Part shown: positions 38,408 through 48,382 of the stretch, one piece after another
Numbering within the stretch: position 1 is the stretch's first letter
How the letters are laid out: every line of letters begins with the position of its first letter
Source of the DNA: Acidobacteriota bacterium
Lineage (GTDB): Bacteria > Acidobacteriota > UBA890 > WLXD01
Direction of reading: 5' to 3'
DNA: 64,000 nucleotides
Assembly (NCBI GenBank): GCA_963666055.2
Contig: CAXWPH010000002.1
Span: 128,001 to 192,000, forward strand
The notes under the pieces: generated by a model
Database searches by the model: none
What the model was told of the DNA's origin: nothing
Seen by the model: only the letters and a program-made list of their open reading frames with translations
Made by a program: the position numbers and the translations under genes

Positions 38408-41400
38408 CTACTGCGACACGACCACGGCAGGTACGTTGGCGCCCTTGACCATGGTGTTAAACGCCGTCAGGTCCTTGTCGATGATCGCTTGTAGCTGACC
38501 CATGAGGTCGGTGAGCTGGGGCTTCAGGTCATCGAAGCGCTCGTAGGCTCCGTCGGTGGGACGGTTGTTGCCACCACCGAAGCCACCCAGGGCGTAGCCG
38601 TAGACGTTGACGATCTGGTTATCGAGCATCGGCGGGAAGTTGAGCGGGTCTTGGCTCGACCGGCTCTTGACTTGAGTGATCTTCTCCTCGATTACCGTCA
38701 GCTTGTCGGCCATGGTCTTTTGGGCGGTGGTGATCTGCTGGTTGTCGATACCGGCCCTACCCATCTGGGCAATGACCTCGGCGCTCTGCTTCTTGATGTC
38801 GCGGAGCCTCTGCAGTGCATCGTACATCTCACCGATGGCGTCGCCGACCTCGCCGAGAAACTCGTGCTGCAGGCGCAGATCCTCGGCGGTCACACCCGGC
38901 TTGGGATTGATGTCGACGACGATCTGTTGCTCCTGGCTCCAGTCGCCGCGTGTCAGGCGGACGGTGTACGTGCCGGGCAGAACCGGCCGGCCGGGTGCAG
39001 AGCCCCACAACGTCACGTCGTCGGGAATATCCGGCTCTTCCTCGCGTAGGCGCCAGGTGAACGTGTTCAGCCCCGGCTTCGCGGTGAGCGTGGCGGGGCC
39101 GTCGCCGAACTGGGCCGCGAACCCGCCACCGCCGGACCCCGGTGCAACATCGTCGTCAGGGTTGCCCGTGATCTCCTTTATGACCTCGCCGTCGCCGCCG
39201 ACGATGGATAGCTTGATCTCGTCTTGCGGCTCTTGGTCGAGGTAGTAGCGGATGCGGGTGGGGCCAAAGTTGCCCGCCCGGTAGGCGTGGCGCGGCGGGA
39301 ACAGGTAGTTGCCCGACGCTGCCATCGCCCCGTCCAAGTCGCGCAGCATGGTCATGTCGTCGAGGATCCAGAAGCCGCGACCCTGGGTCGACACCACCAA
39401 GTCTCCTCGATGGACTCGCAGGTCGGTGACCGGTGTCACCGGCAAGTTGAGCTGGAGCTCCTGCCAGTGGGTGCCGTCGTCGAACGAGGCGTACATGCCG
39501 TACTCGGTGCCGGCGAAAATCAGCCCTTGCTGCTCAGGGTCCTCGCGCACGGCGCGCACGAAGTTGGTGGCGGGAATGCCGTTGCTCCCATCGGTCAATA
39601 GCCGCCAACGGTCACCGTAGTTGCTGGTCTGGAAGATGTACGGTCGAAAGTCGCCCTCGCGGTATCGGTATACAGCGACGTGGGCGCGGCCGGGGTCGTG
39701 CGCCGACAGGTCGATGACGTTGACCGTCCCGCCGGCAGGCATGTCGCGGGGAGTGATGTCGGTCCAGCTGCCACCGTTGTTGCGCGACACGTGGATCTTG
39801 CCGTCGTCGGAGCCCGCCCACAAAAGCCCTTCAGTGTGGGGCGATTCCTCGAACGCGAAGATGGTGTTGTAAACCTCGACGCCGGTCGAGTCGTGGCTGA
39901 TCGGGCCGCCGGCGTAGTCCTGAGTCTCGGGGTTGTCGGTGGTCAGGTCGGGGCTGATCACCTCCCAGCTTTGGCCGCCGTCGCCGGTGCGGTGCACTAC
40001 CTGGGAGGTGTGGTAAACAACGTCGGGGTCGTGCGGCGAGATGCGGATGGGTGCGTTCCACTGGAAGCGATACTCGAGGTCGCGCGGTGCCTGGCCCAGC
40101 TGCAGTTGTGGGTAGGCGAGTATCTGACGCGAGGAACCGGCATCGCGATCGACGCGTGAGATCGCCCCACCGTAACAACCTGCGTAGACTACCGAGTTGT
40201 CGCGTGGGTCGATGGCGATATGGCCGGACTCACAGCCGCCCACCGCATACCAATCCGGGAATACGCGGTTACGGCCAGTGAAGCTCGGCACCGAGATCGT
40301 GCTGTTGTCCTGCTGCGGGCCGTAGATGCGGTACGGCCAGTCGTCGTCAACGAAAACGCGGTAGATCTCCGCGGTAGGCTGGTTCATCTGTGACGACCAT
40401 GATTCGCCGCCGTTGAACGATACGTTGGCGCCGCCGTCGTTGGCGTTGATCATGATCTGCGGCGAGCCCGGGTTGATCCAGAGGTCGTGGTTGTCGCCGT
40501 GCGGCACGTCGATCTGCTGGTCGAATTCGACCCCCCCGTCGATCGATCGGTATAGGCCGGTGTTGAGAGCGTAGACGGTGTTCTCGTCCTTGGGATCGGC
40601 GTAAATGTGAGTGTAGTACCAGGGCCGCTGGCGTAGGTTGGCGGCGCTGTTGATGCGGCTCCAGTTGGCGCCGGCGTCGTCGGAGCGATACACACCGCCG
40701 CGCTCCCCCTCGCCCTCGATCAGCGCCCAGAGCCGGTCGGAGTTGGCCGCCGAGACGGTCACGTCGATCTTGCCGAGCAGCCCGGTCGGGAGGCCGCCGG
40801 CGAGCGGGTTCCAGGTATCGCCACCATCGGTGCTCTTCCAGATCCCGCCCTTGTCGTTGCCCGAGATCAGCGTCCAGGGCTTGCGCTCTACGCGCCAGGC
40901 GGCGGCATACAGGATGCGCGGGTTGTTGACGTTCATGGCGACCTGGTTGAAGCCGGTGGCCTCGTCGATGTAGAGGACCTTCTCCCAGCTGTCGCCACCG
41001 TCGGTGGTGCGGAAGACGCCGCGGTCCTCGTTGGGTCCGAAGATGTGCCCGAGCGCCGCCACGTAGACGACGTCAGGGTTGTCCGGATGGACGCGGATCT
41101 TGGGGATCTGGCCGGCGTGGTCGAGACCGATGTGGGTCCAGGTCTTGCCGGCATCGGTCGATCGATAGATGCCGTCTCCGTTGGAGATGTTGCCGCGCGG
41201 ACACCCCGAGCCGGTGCCCGCGTAGAGGACGTTGGGATCGGAGGGCGCCACGGCGATCGCGCCGATGGCACCGACGCCGAAGAACCCGTCGCTGATGTTG
41301 TTCCAATTGTTGCCGGCATCGCTGGTCTTCCAAACGCCGCCGCCGGTGCTGCCGAAGTAGTAGGTCAGCGGGTCACCGATGACGCCGGTTACCGCCGTCG

Positions 41401-41599
41401 ATCGACCACCGCGCGAGAAACGCGACGAGCGGTATTCCAGGCCCTCGAAGTACAGCGGGTCGACCGTAACGTTGGTTGCATCCTCTTGCAGGTCACGGCG
41501 ACTCCCCTGGGCGAATGCGGCTGCGGTCGGCAGCGTGATGACTGCTACGAGCAAGAGGATCGCGAACGAGACACCGGTGATACGCCGATCAGGCTGCAT
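38408..41599 (-). CDS. Secreted BNR/Asp-box (VPS10/sortilin-like) repeat glycosyl hydrolase-like protein
   Basis: Many SxDxGxxW Asp-boxes, PHGDNH, NDGG and WNAPI motifs. AGGAG RBS before ATG 41599. Confidence 0.9.
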   Translation of the reverse strand: MQPDRRITGVSFAILLLVAVITLPTAAAFAQGSRRDLQEDATNVTVDPLYFEGLEYRSSRFSRGGRSTAVTGVIGDPLTYYFGSTGGGVWKTSDAGNNWNNISDGFFGVGAIGAIAVAPSDPNVLYAGTGSGCPRGNISNGDGIYRSTDAGKTWTHIGLDHAGQIPKIRVHPDNPDVVYVAALGHIFGPNEDRGVFRTTDGGDSWEKVLYIDEATGFNQVAMNVNNPRILYAAAWRVERKPWTLISGNDKGGIWKSTDGGDTWNPLAGGLPTGLLGKIDVTVSAANSDRLWALIEGEGERGGVYRSDDAGANWSRINSAANLRQRPWYYTHIYADPKDENTVYALNTGLYRSIDGGVEFDQQIDVPHGDNHDLWINPGSPQIMINANDGGANVSFNGGESWSSQMNQPTAEIYRVFVDDDWPYRIYGPQQDNSTISVPSFTGRNRVFPDWYAVGGCESGHIAIDPRDNSVVYAGCYGGAISRVDRDAGSSRQILAYPQLQLGQAPRDLEYRFQWNAPIRISPHDPDVVYHTSQVVHRTGDGGQSWEVISPDLTTDNPETQDYAGGPISHDSTGVEVYNTIFAFEESPHTEGLLWAGSDDGKIHVSRNNGGSWTDITPRDMPAGGTVNVIDLSAHDPGRAHVAVYRYREGDFRPYIFQTSNYGDRWRLLTDGSNGIPATNFVRAVREDPEQQGLIFAGTEYGMYASFDDGTHWQELQLNLPVTPVTDLRVHRGDLVVSTQGRGFWILDDMTMLRDLDGAMAASGNYLFPPRHAYRAGNFGPTRIRYYLDQEPQDEIKLSIVGGDGEVIKEITGNPDDDVAPGSGGGGFAAQFGDGPATLTAKPGLNTFTWRLREEEPDIPDDVTLWGSAPGRPVLPGTYTVRLTRGDWSQEQQIVVDINPKPGVTAEDLRLQHEFLGEVGDAIGEMYDALQRLRDIKKQSAEVIAQMGRAGIDNQQITTAQKTMADKLTVIEEKITQVKSRSSQDPLNFPPMLDNQIVNVYGYALGGFGGGNNRPTDGAYERFDDLKPQLTDLMGQLQAIIDKDLTAFNTMVKGANVPAVVVSQ

Positions 41600-41814
41600 G
41601 GCGGTTCTCCTCGGATGATGACGCCGGGTCCCGCTCCGAGTGCTCGCGCCGCGGCGGCGGAGCGGCCGCTCGGTGCCCACGCGCCGGTGCCAGGTGCTGG
41701 CCGCGCCAAGTGAACCGAGAAAGGCTCAGGTGGTCAAGCCCGCGGCGCTGAGCGGACCTGCGGCGTGTCGAATCAGTGCAGATCGCACCACTTCGGCAGA
41801 ATTGGCGGCGAGGC

Positions 41815-43179
41815 TCAGACGCTCCTGCGGCCGTAGCCCCCGAACACCGCCATCAGCACGATCGACAGCAGCAGCCACGAGTGCAGGTTGGCCATGCCGA
41901 CTTGCATGGCACCCAGTCGCGGCATCCCGGTTGCCGAACCGGAAGCGGTCAGCGAAGCGGCGAGAATGGTAGGGATGAACCATGGGAGCAGAAACGGGTA
42001 GGTGCATACGGTGGTGTCGAGCAGGTTGGCACGGCGCGTCGGTCCGACGCCGAGTTGCTCGCCGGTCTGGCGGGCGAACGCTCCCACCGCCAGAATCGCG
42101 ACGACGGAATGTGTGGTCAGCATGACGGCGCCGGACACCGCTGCGAAGATCCAGACCTCTGCGCCGCGCTCCGATCGCACCGATCGACGCGTTGTACGCA
42201 CCAGGCGATCGAGCAAACCGCTGGCCTCGATACCGGCTACCAGTCCCATCAACAGCAGCGTGAAGATCGAGATGCCGAGGGCTCGTTCGATGCCTTCTAC
42301 GACCAGCCCGCGTGCCGCGAAGGCTCCAGGCTCGATTCGAAGTACGTCGCTTGGCTGGATCAACCCTCCGATCCAGCCTACCGCCAACGCTACGGCGATC
42401 CCCGCCAGCAAGCCCTCCACCAGATGGTGCCGCCGTAGCAGCATGACGAACACGAGAGCCGGAGCGACGAGCAACGCCAGCGGCGCGGCACTGCCGGTGG
42501 CCTCCGACGTGATCGGGAGACTGTCGCCGCCGCCGAGTACCGTGTACCCGAGCAGCGCGATCCCGGCGGCGGGAAGGGCGTAGCGCAAGCGTGACCGCAC
42601 CACCTCGCCGATCGGCGCTCCCTGTGTGGTGGCCGAGGCGATGGTCGTATCGGAGACGGGAGAGATGTTGTCGCCGAATGTCGCACCGCCGATGATCGCG
42701 CCGGCGAGGATCACAGGGTCGGTTCCCAGCGCCGCTCCGGCCGGGTAGAGCACCGGAAGACACAAGATCAACGTCCCCAGGCTGGTACCCGTCGAGGCGG
42801 AGAACAGGCAGCAGACGAGAAACGCTGCCGCCGCATAGCCACCGCCGTGCAGCCCACTCGCCTGCGCTGCCCCAGCGAGCGCGTTTACCAAGCCGCCGCC
42901 GGTGAGCAGTGCGCCGAGGATTCCGGCGAGCATCCACGCCATCAGCATGAGCATGACGATCGGTTGGCTCATCCCGCGCAGCAACGTGTTGCAATACCGC
43001 TCGCGGTCGCGGGCCAGCAGCAGAGCCACCAGAATGGCGGCGATCAGCACTGGCCACAGGCCGCGCTCATCCGGTGCTCCGGAGAGCCCCAGCCAGGTGA
43101 CACCGGCGATGAACATTACGAACGGCGCCAGCGCTGCGGCACTGCCGCCGAAGAACCCGAGTGGACGCGCTTCTTGCAT
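41815..43179 (-). CDS. NhaC-family transporter
   Basis: STGTSLGT and GATFGDNISPVSDTTIASA motifs in a multi-TM protein. Confidence 0.88.
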   Translation of the reverse strand: MQEARPLGFFGGSAAALAPFVMFIAGVTWLGLSGAPDERGLWPVLIAAILVALLLARDRERYCNTLLRGMSQPIVMLMLMAWMLAGILGALLTGGGLVNALAGAAQASGLHGGGYAAAAFLVCCLFSASTGTSLGTLILCLPVLYPAGAALGTDPVILAGAIIGGATFGDNISPVSDTTIASATTQGAPIGEVVRSRLRYALPAAGIALLGYTVLGGGDSLPITSEATGSAAPLALLVAPALVFVMLLRRHHLVEGLLAGIAVALAVGWIGGLIQPSDVLRIEPGAFAARGLVVEGIERALGISIFTLLLMGLVAGIEASGLLDRLVRTTRRSVRSERGAEVWIFAAVSGAVMLTTHSVVAILAVGAFARQTGEQLGVGPTRRANLLDTTVCTYPFLLPWFIPTILAASLTASGSATGMPRLGAMQVGMANLHSWLLLSIVLMAVFGGYGRRSV

Positions 43180-43265
43180 CTACGCTCCCGGCAGCGTAAC
43201 CAGACCCATCAGAATTCCCGGTGGCCTGCCAGGGACCAACCTTATCGGAAGCGGGAGAGGTCAGC

Positions 43266-43610
43266 ATGAATGAACACGACGACGAGTTCACCCTGTACGA
43301 CCTACGTGTCGAGGTGGTTGCAGGAGACCGCCCGATGGTCTGCGCTCATCGGGAAGGCGACTATTTCGAGCTGCGCGGCGAGAACCTGTCGTTTCCAGCG
43401 GGTCAGACGTTCCCGATATACCCGCTGGCCGCTTTGCTGCCGTTGCTGCCGGCCAAGCAGCGCGAAACGCATCCACACGACTGGATGACCACCGACATGG
43501 AGGTCGCCTGCCCGGATCCTCTTTGCGGCGGACGCTTCCGCATCACCCGCCGGGGTCGCACCACCTTCCGTCATCAGGACGTGACTGCGGTGCGGCTGCC
43601 TAAGGAGTGA
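43266..43610 (+). CDS. TIGR04076-family small Cys protein
   Basis: LYDLRVEVV..C.H..GDYFEL.GE, LPLLPAKQR and ACPDP motifs. Confidence 0.8.
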   Translation: MNEHDDEFTLYDLRVEVVAGDRPMVCAHREGDYFELRGENLSFPAGQTFPIYPLAALLPLLPAKQRETHPHDWMTTDMEVACPDPLCGGRFRITRRGRTTFRHQDVTAVRLPKE

Positions 43611-43632
43611 CGCTGGCGTGAGGAGCCGACAA

Positions 43633-44667
43633 ATGGAGATCACCCCCGGGTATACGGTGCCGCCGATCATTGTTGGGCTCTGGCAGCTTTCAGCCGGACA
43701 TGCTCGGGGCGGCGCCGAGGATCGATCCCGGGTGCTCGCTGGTCTGGAGCGGTTTGTCGAGGCCGGACTGTGCACGTTCGATTGCGCCGACATCTATACC
43801 GGTGTGGAGGAGTTGTTGGGGGACCTTCGCAGAAGGTTGTCGGGCGGTGCCGCGCGGCTTCGCGTGCATACGAAGTTCGTGCCCGATCGTGATGCCCTCG
43901 CAACGATCAACCGCGGCTACGTGGCGCATGTCATCGATCGTTCGCTCCGCCGGCTCGGAGTCGAGCGCCTCGATATGGTGCAGTTCTACTGGTGGGACGA
44001 CGACGTTTCGGGGTACCTCGATACGGCTGGTTGGTTGTGCGATTTTCAGCGCGCCGGAAAGATCCGCCTGATCGCGGCCACTAACCTGGATGTCGCCCAC
44101 TTGAGCGAGCTCGCCGACGCCGGCATCCACCTGGTGAGCAACCAGGTGCAGTACTCGCTGCTCGACCGCCGCCCAGAACACGCGTTGGCCGACTACTGCG
44201 CGACGAACGACGCGTATTTGCTTTGCTATGGCACCGTCGCAGGTGGTTTCCTGTCGAATCGCTGGCTGGGCAGTCCAGAGCCGCACGCCCCGTGGGCCAA
44301 TCGGTCGCTGCAGAAGTACCGGCTCATCGTCGACGAATTCGGCGGCTGGGACGCTTTGCAGAAGCTGTTGCGGGTGCTTGCCGATATCGGCGCGCGTCAC
44401 CAGGCAACGGTTGCCAACGTCGCGACACGATGGGTTCTAGGGCGCGCAGGAGTCGCGGCAGCGATCGTCGGTGCGCGTAACGCCGATTACCTGGACGAAA
44501 TGACGCGGACCCTTGAGCTCACGCTCGACGCTGAAGATTACTCGCGCATCGACGACGTACTGGTTCGGCAACCCGGTCCCGACGGCGATGTGTTCTCGCT
44601 CGAGCGCAACTCCGAGAGCCCGCACGCGGCCATCATGCGCACCAATCTGAGCCGCGAATCGGGTTGA
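43633..44667 (+). CDS. Aldo/keto reductase
   Basis: GLWQLSAGH, FDCADIYTGVE, HTKFVPD, SLRRLGVERLDMVQF and NQVQYSLLDRRP motifs. Confidence 0.93.
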   Translation: MEITPGYTVPPIIVGLWQLSAGHARGGAEDRSRVLAGLERFVEAGLCTFDCADIYTGVEELLGDLRRRLSGGAARLRVHTKFVPDRDALATINRGYVAHVIDRSLRRLGVERLDMVQFYWWDDDVSGYLDTAGWLCDFQRAGKIRLIAATNLDVAHLSELADAGIHLVSNQVQYSLLDRRPEHALADYCATNDAYLLCYGTVAGGFLSNRWLGSPEPHAPWANRSLQKYRLIVDEFGGWDALQKLLRVLADIGARHQATVANVATRWVLGRAGVAAAIVGARNADYLDEMTRTLELTLDAEDYSRIDDVLVRQPGPDGDVFSLERNSESPHAAIMRTNLSRESG

Positions 44668-44764
44668 ACCCCGGCGTGAAGCGGCTACGATACGGAGCTG
44701 GGTGTGGAGACCGAGGGTGATATCCACACGGCACGCGCCGGTTTCCTCACATGAGGGCAGGTAC

Positions 44765-45520
44765 ATGAACGGCGACATCAGAGTGGTCACGTTCGACGCT
44801 CGCGGCACGCTCTTGAAGGTGCGATTCTCGGTCGGCGAGACGTACAGCGCTGTGGCCAGGCGGCACGGCGCTGACCTGTCGACCACTGCGATCGAGGCGG
44901 CGTTCTTTGCGGTGTTTCCCAGCATGCCGCCGCTGGCCTTCCCACCCATGCACGATGAGCAGCTGCGCGAGCGTGAGCATCAGTGGTGGCGGACTCTGGT
45001 GGAGCGGGTCGTCGAATCCGCCGATCAGCAGGTCGACGACTTCGACGAGTTCTTCGCCGAGCTGTATTCGCTATACCGTGGCGCCGAGGGTTGGAAGCCA
45101 TATCGTGAGGCGGCATCAGTGCTGTGCTTGCTGCGCTCGGCCGGCTACAAGCTGGGCGTCGTGTCCAACTTCGACTCGCGCATCGAGGATGTGTTGTTGG
45201 CGCTGAACATGAGCATCTGGTTCGACTCGGTGGTGTTCTCCTCGCGCGCCGGTGTCGCCAAGCCGGGTGTCGGGATCTTCCGGCGGGCTCTGGCCGAGCT
45301 CGATGTAAAGGCGGAGCACGCGTTGCATGTCGGCGACAGCCTCCGTAAGGACTGGGAAGGCGCCCGCAACGTCGGAATGAAGGCCATCCTGCTCGATCGC
45401 ACCGCTCGTTACGCCGCCAACACGCCCTCGGATTGCGATGTGGTCCCCAGCCTCGAGGCAGTGCTCGAACGCCTCGGCGTGGCTGGCTTTTCCGAGTTGG
45501 CGCGCGCCCACGCCAGCTAG
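44765..45520 (+). CDS. HAD-IA hydrolase (REG-2/HDHD3-like)
   Basis: TFDARGTL, VVSNFDSR, AKPG..IF and HVGDS..DWEGA motifs. Confidence 0.88.
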   Translation: MNGDIRVVTFDARGTLLKVRFSVGETYSAVARRHGADLSTTAIEAAFFAVFPSMPPLAFPPMHDEQLREREHQWWRTLVERVVESADQQVDDFDEFFAELYSLYRGAEGWKPYREAASVLCLLRSAGYKLGVVSNFDSRIEDVLLALNMSIWFDSVVFSSRAGVAKPGVGIFRRALAELDVKAEHALHVGDSLRKDWEGARNVGMKAILLDRTARYAANTPSDCDVVPSLEAVLERLGVAGFSELARAHAS

Positions 45521-45532
45521 CAGGCCGTGGTG
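45517..45532. repeat. Solo MITE terminal repeat
   Basis: CTAGCAGGCCGTGGTG is identical to the MITE terminus, and its TAG is the stop codon of the HAD gene. Confidence 0.75.
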
Positions 45533-45535
45533 GCT

Positions 45536-46456
45536 TCAGTCCCCGATGTCGTCTGACACGAGGGCGATCTGGTCACCCATCGGACTTACTGCCAGCCGCG
45601 TGATCGAGCTTATCCCCGCCGTCGATAGATCCGCCGCCAGCGTCCAGGTGTCGTCCCGGAACGGGTCGCGCACGAACACCCGCGAGTCGGTAGCCATCAG
45701 CATGCGGCCGTCCGGAGTCCACGCCAGGTCCTGGCTCCCCGGCAAGGCGTCGACGAGCTCGAACACCGCTCCGTTGATTGGGTTCACCAGTCGGATCGCC
45801 CAGTGGTCGCCATCACGCTGCAGGAAGCTGAAGAAGTCAGGGTCGTGGCGCGCCTGCAGCGATCGGCCGATGTCCTGCGCCACCGTCGTGGTGGTATCCG
45901 TGCGGAGGTCGGCCAGCTGCAACGTCGGCGGCTCGCCGAGGATGAACAGAATCAACGAACCGTACCGGTTCCAGGAGTGGTAGCCGACCGGGGCAACGTC
46001 GGGGAGCAGCAGTCGCGGCGAGGTGCCGTCGCGACGGAATGTCCACAGTCGTTGAGTCCCGTCCGACTCGACTCGTACAACCGACATGTCTTCGTTGGCC
46101 GGCCATACGACGCTGGGCGAGTATTCCGACTCGGGGGTGGCGGTGATTTGTGTGTGCTCTCCCGACGACAGATCCACCCGGAAGATGTCGGTCTGCTCGC
46201 CGCGTTGCGACGTGTACAACAGGCCGTCGCCCTCGGGCTCGAAGTGGGGTTGGTTGTCGTAGCCCGGGCGGTTGGTGAGGTTGCGCGGAGCACCCAAGGT
46301 TGGCGGGCTCGACGCAAGATCCAGATCGACGAGAAAGATATCGGTTCCCGGCGCCGCCTGCCTGGAACCCGGGACGGCTGCTGACAGCGTCGCGACACCC
46401 GCCAGCAGAATTATCAGCCTCGAGGCAACGGTCTGCAAAGCTTTCCTCCCGCGCAT
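45536..46456 (-). CDS. TolB-like/PD40 beta-propeller protein
   Basis: NLTNRPGYDNQPHF, ITATPESEYSP and RLAVSP.GDQIALV motifs, with a signal peptide. Confidence 0.85.
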   Translation of the reverse strand: MRGRKALQTVASRLIILLAGVATLSAAVPGSRQAAPGTDIFLVDLDLASSPPTLGAPRNLTNRPGYDNQPHFEPEGDGLLYTSQRGEQTDIFRVDLSSGEHTQITATPESEYSPSVVWPANEDMSVVRVESDGTQRLWTFRRDGTSPRLLLPDVAPVGYHSWNRYGSLILFILGEPPTLQLADLRTDTTTTVAQDIGRSLQARHDPDFFSFLQRDGDHWAIRLVNPINGAVFELVDALPGSQDLAWTPDGRMLMATDSRVFVRDPFRDDTWTLAADLSTAGISSITRLAVSPMGDQIALVSDDIGD

Positions 46457-46569
46457 GCGATGGTGTGGCGCAGAGAATACCGTGCCTTGCGCCCGCCGCG
46501 TCGATCCGCTTCTCTGTGTGCTGCTCATAGTCATGTCCCCGCGGCAGCGGGCTGGATTGGAGAACCTCG

Positions 46570-47030
46570 ATGTCGTTGCTGGAGATGCTCGCGCAACAGG
46601 TGGGCGGAAACCTCGTAGCCGATCTTGCCCGTCAACTCGGATCGGACCAAGGCGCAACCGGAAACGCGGTGACCGCAGCTTTGCCGGCGCTGGCGGCGGC
46701 GATAGCATCCTCGGGCATGTGCTGGGAAGTCGGCGTGGCCCGATGGAGCAGAGTCTCAGTCGCTCCAGCGGCCTGGACGTGGGCACGATCACAAAGTTGT
46801 TGCCGTTGTTGGCGCCGATCGTGATGGGCATGCTGGGCAAGCAGCAACGTCAGCAAGGCCTGGACGCCGGCGGGCTGGCGGGAATGCTTTCCGGAGAGCA
46901 GGCACGTGTCGAGCGTCAAGCGCCCGGAATGCTGGGTAAGCTACTCGATGCCGACGGCGATGGCGACGCCACGGACGACGTCCTGCGGATGGGCGCCAGT
47001 CTGCTCGGAGGGCTCTTCGGCAAGAGGTGA
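46570..47030 (+). pseudogene. DUF937 (YidB-like) gene broken by a deletion and frameshift
   Basis: The N-terminus (MSLLEMLAQQ...AALPAL) is in one frame and the C-terminus (ILGHVLG...LLPLLAPIVMG...LDADGDG) in another, joined at about 46690. Confidence 0.8.
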
Positions 47031-47097
47031 GCTCGCGGCTCCGCGACCGGCTCCGACAGGGCTGGTATCCCGGCAATCGGTCCCCGGGGTCGAGGTG

Positions 47098-47415
47098 CTA
47101 GGTCGTGCCGTCGCCACCCAGGCAAGGCGGCGACTCGATGCGTGCGGCTTCGGTTTCGGCGAACTCCTCGGGAGTCAGCGTCTGGATCCCGAGCGCGTGG
47201 ATGCCATCCTGCCGCTCGGCGTCAAGCAACTGGTAGATTCGCTGGTGACGTCGCACCCGCGTCTCGCCGTTGAACGCGGCCGACACTACGAAGACGCGAA
47301 AGTGGGTCTCCGATCCGGGTGCCACATTGTGCATGCCGCTCTCGTTCACAACCTCGAGACGCTCGGGGTGGAGCGCGTCTTGTAGCTTGCTTTCAATTCG
47401 ACTCTGCAATTGCAT
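47098..47415 (-). CDS. bolA: BolA family protein
   Basis: LEVVNESGMHNV..GSETHF, RHQRIY, IHALGI and SPPCLGG motifs. Confidence 0.93.
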   Translation of the reverse strand: MQLQSRIESKLQDALHPERLEVVNESGMHNVAPGSETHFRVFVVSAAFNGETRVRRHQRIYQLLDAERQDGIHALGIQTLTPEEFAETEAARIESPPCLGGDGTT

Positions 47416-47468
47416 CAGGAGCACCTGCTTCACAGGGAGTGACTATTGTAGAGGCTCGGAGGTGGCGG

Positions 47469-47825
47469 ATGGGACGATCGATGCTGCGACGGGCGCTCCT
47501 GTCGATCTTGTTTGTCGCGGTCGGCTACGCGGGCTTGTCGGGAGCCTCGTCGGCGGCGATCCAGGAACGTGTCGAGGGAGTGTGGGACGCACGAACCTAC
47601 GTGCTTGCCGACGGCACCCTTCATTCGGTTGAGCTCAACCTGTCGGTTGGTGACGCCGTTCAGGGCCTGCCAGAGGCGCCGTTACGGATGATTGCCCGAC
47701 ACCCGGAGCAGGCGGTTCCCGAGACAGCTCGCGTGACGGTCGAAGGAGACGCTCTGACACTCCTGTTCCCGAGCGGCAACCGCCTCTACTTCGAGCCTGT
47801 GAAGCCGCCGTCGGGTCAACCATGA
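47469..47825 (+). CDS. Secreted lipocalin-like hypothetical protein, possibly internally deleted
   Basis: Signal peptide, VEGVW strand and C-terminal LTLLFPSGN. It is unusually short for a beta-barrel. Confidence 0.55.
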   Translation: MGRSMLRRALLSILFVAVGYAGLSGASSAAIQERVEGVWDARTYVLADGTLHSVELNLSVGDAVQGLPEAPLRMIARHPEQAVPETARVTVEGDALTLLFPSGNRLYFEPVKPPSGQP

Positions 47826-48382
47826 AAGTTCTCGTCGGCTCGACAAACCCGGTGAAGCGTGCCTCGGTAGAGGAGGCGTTCGGACTCTTCTTCGATACTC
47901 CTCATGTGCGGGGCGTGGCGGTTCCCTCGGGGGTGCCCGACCAGCCGGTCAACGACGAGACGTTGATCGGTGCACGCAATCGGGCGACGGCGCTGCGCGC
48001 CCTTCGCGAAGACCGTGAAGTCGACTATTTCGTCGGTATCGAGGGTGGAATCGTCGAGCAAGCCGAGCGGGTGTTCGCGTTCGGCGGCATGTGCGTGGTC
48101 GATCGACAGGGTCGTGAGGCTCTGGGCAGCTCGCCTCACTTCGAGCTGCCACCTAACGTCGCCCGCCAGGTGCTGGCGGGACGCGAGCTGGGCATGGTGA
48201 TCGATGAAATCACCGGCCAGCAGAACAGCAAGCACAAGGGCGGAGCGATCGGATACTTCACGCGCGGTGTGATGGACCGTCGCGCACTGTACGTAGCCGG
48301 CCTCGTGGTCACGCTGGTGCCGTTCTTGAATCATGCCTTGTACTTCAACGACGGCTCGGTGCAATCGGTAGGCGGGGCGTGA
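47822..48382 (+). CDS. yjjX: Inosine/xanthosine triphosphatase (NTPase I-T)
   Basis: VGSTNPVK, SGVPDQP, GARNRA, GIEGGI and GGAIGYFT motifs. Confidence 0.93.
   Translation: MKVLVGSTNPVKRASVEEAFGLFFDTPHVRGVAVPSGVPDQPVNDETLIGARNRATALRALREDREVDYFVGIEGGIVEQAERVFAFGGMCVVDRQGREALGSSPHFELPPNVARQVLAGRELGMVIDEITGQQNSKHKGGAIGYFTRGVMDRRALYVAGLVVTLVPFLNHALYFNDGSVQSVGGA

Noticed and set aside
43185-43260. TPP or other riboswitch upstream of the TIGR04076 gene
   Set aside because: No CTGAGA or AACCTGA core is present and the region is short.
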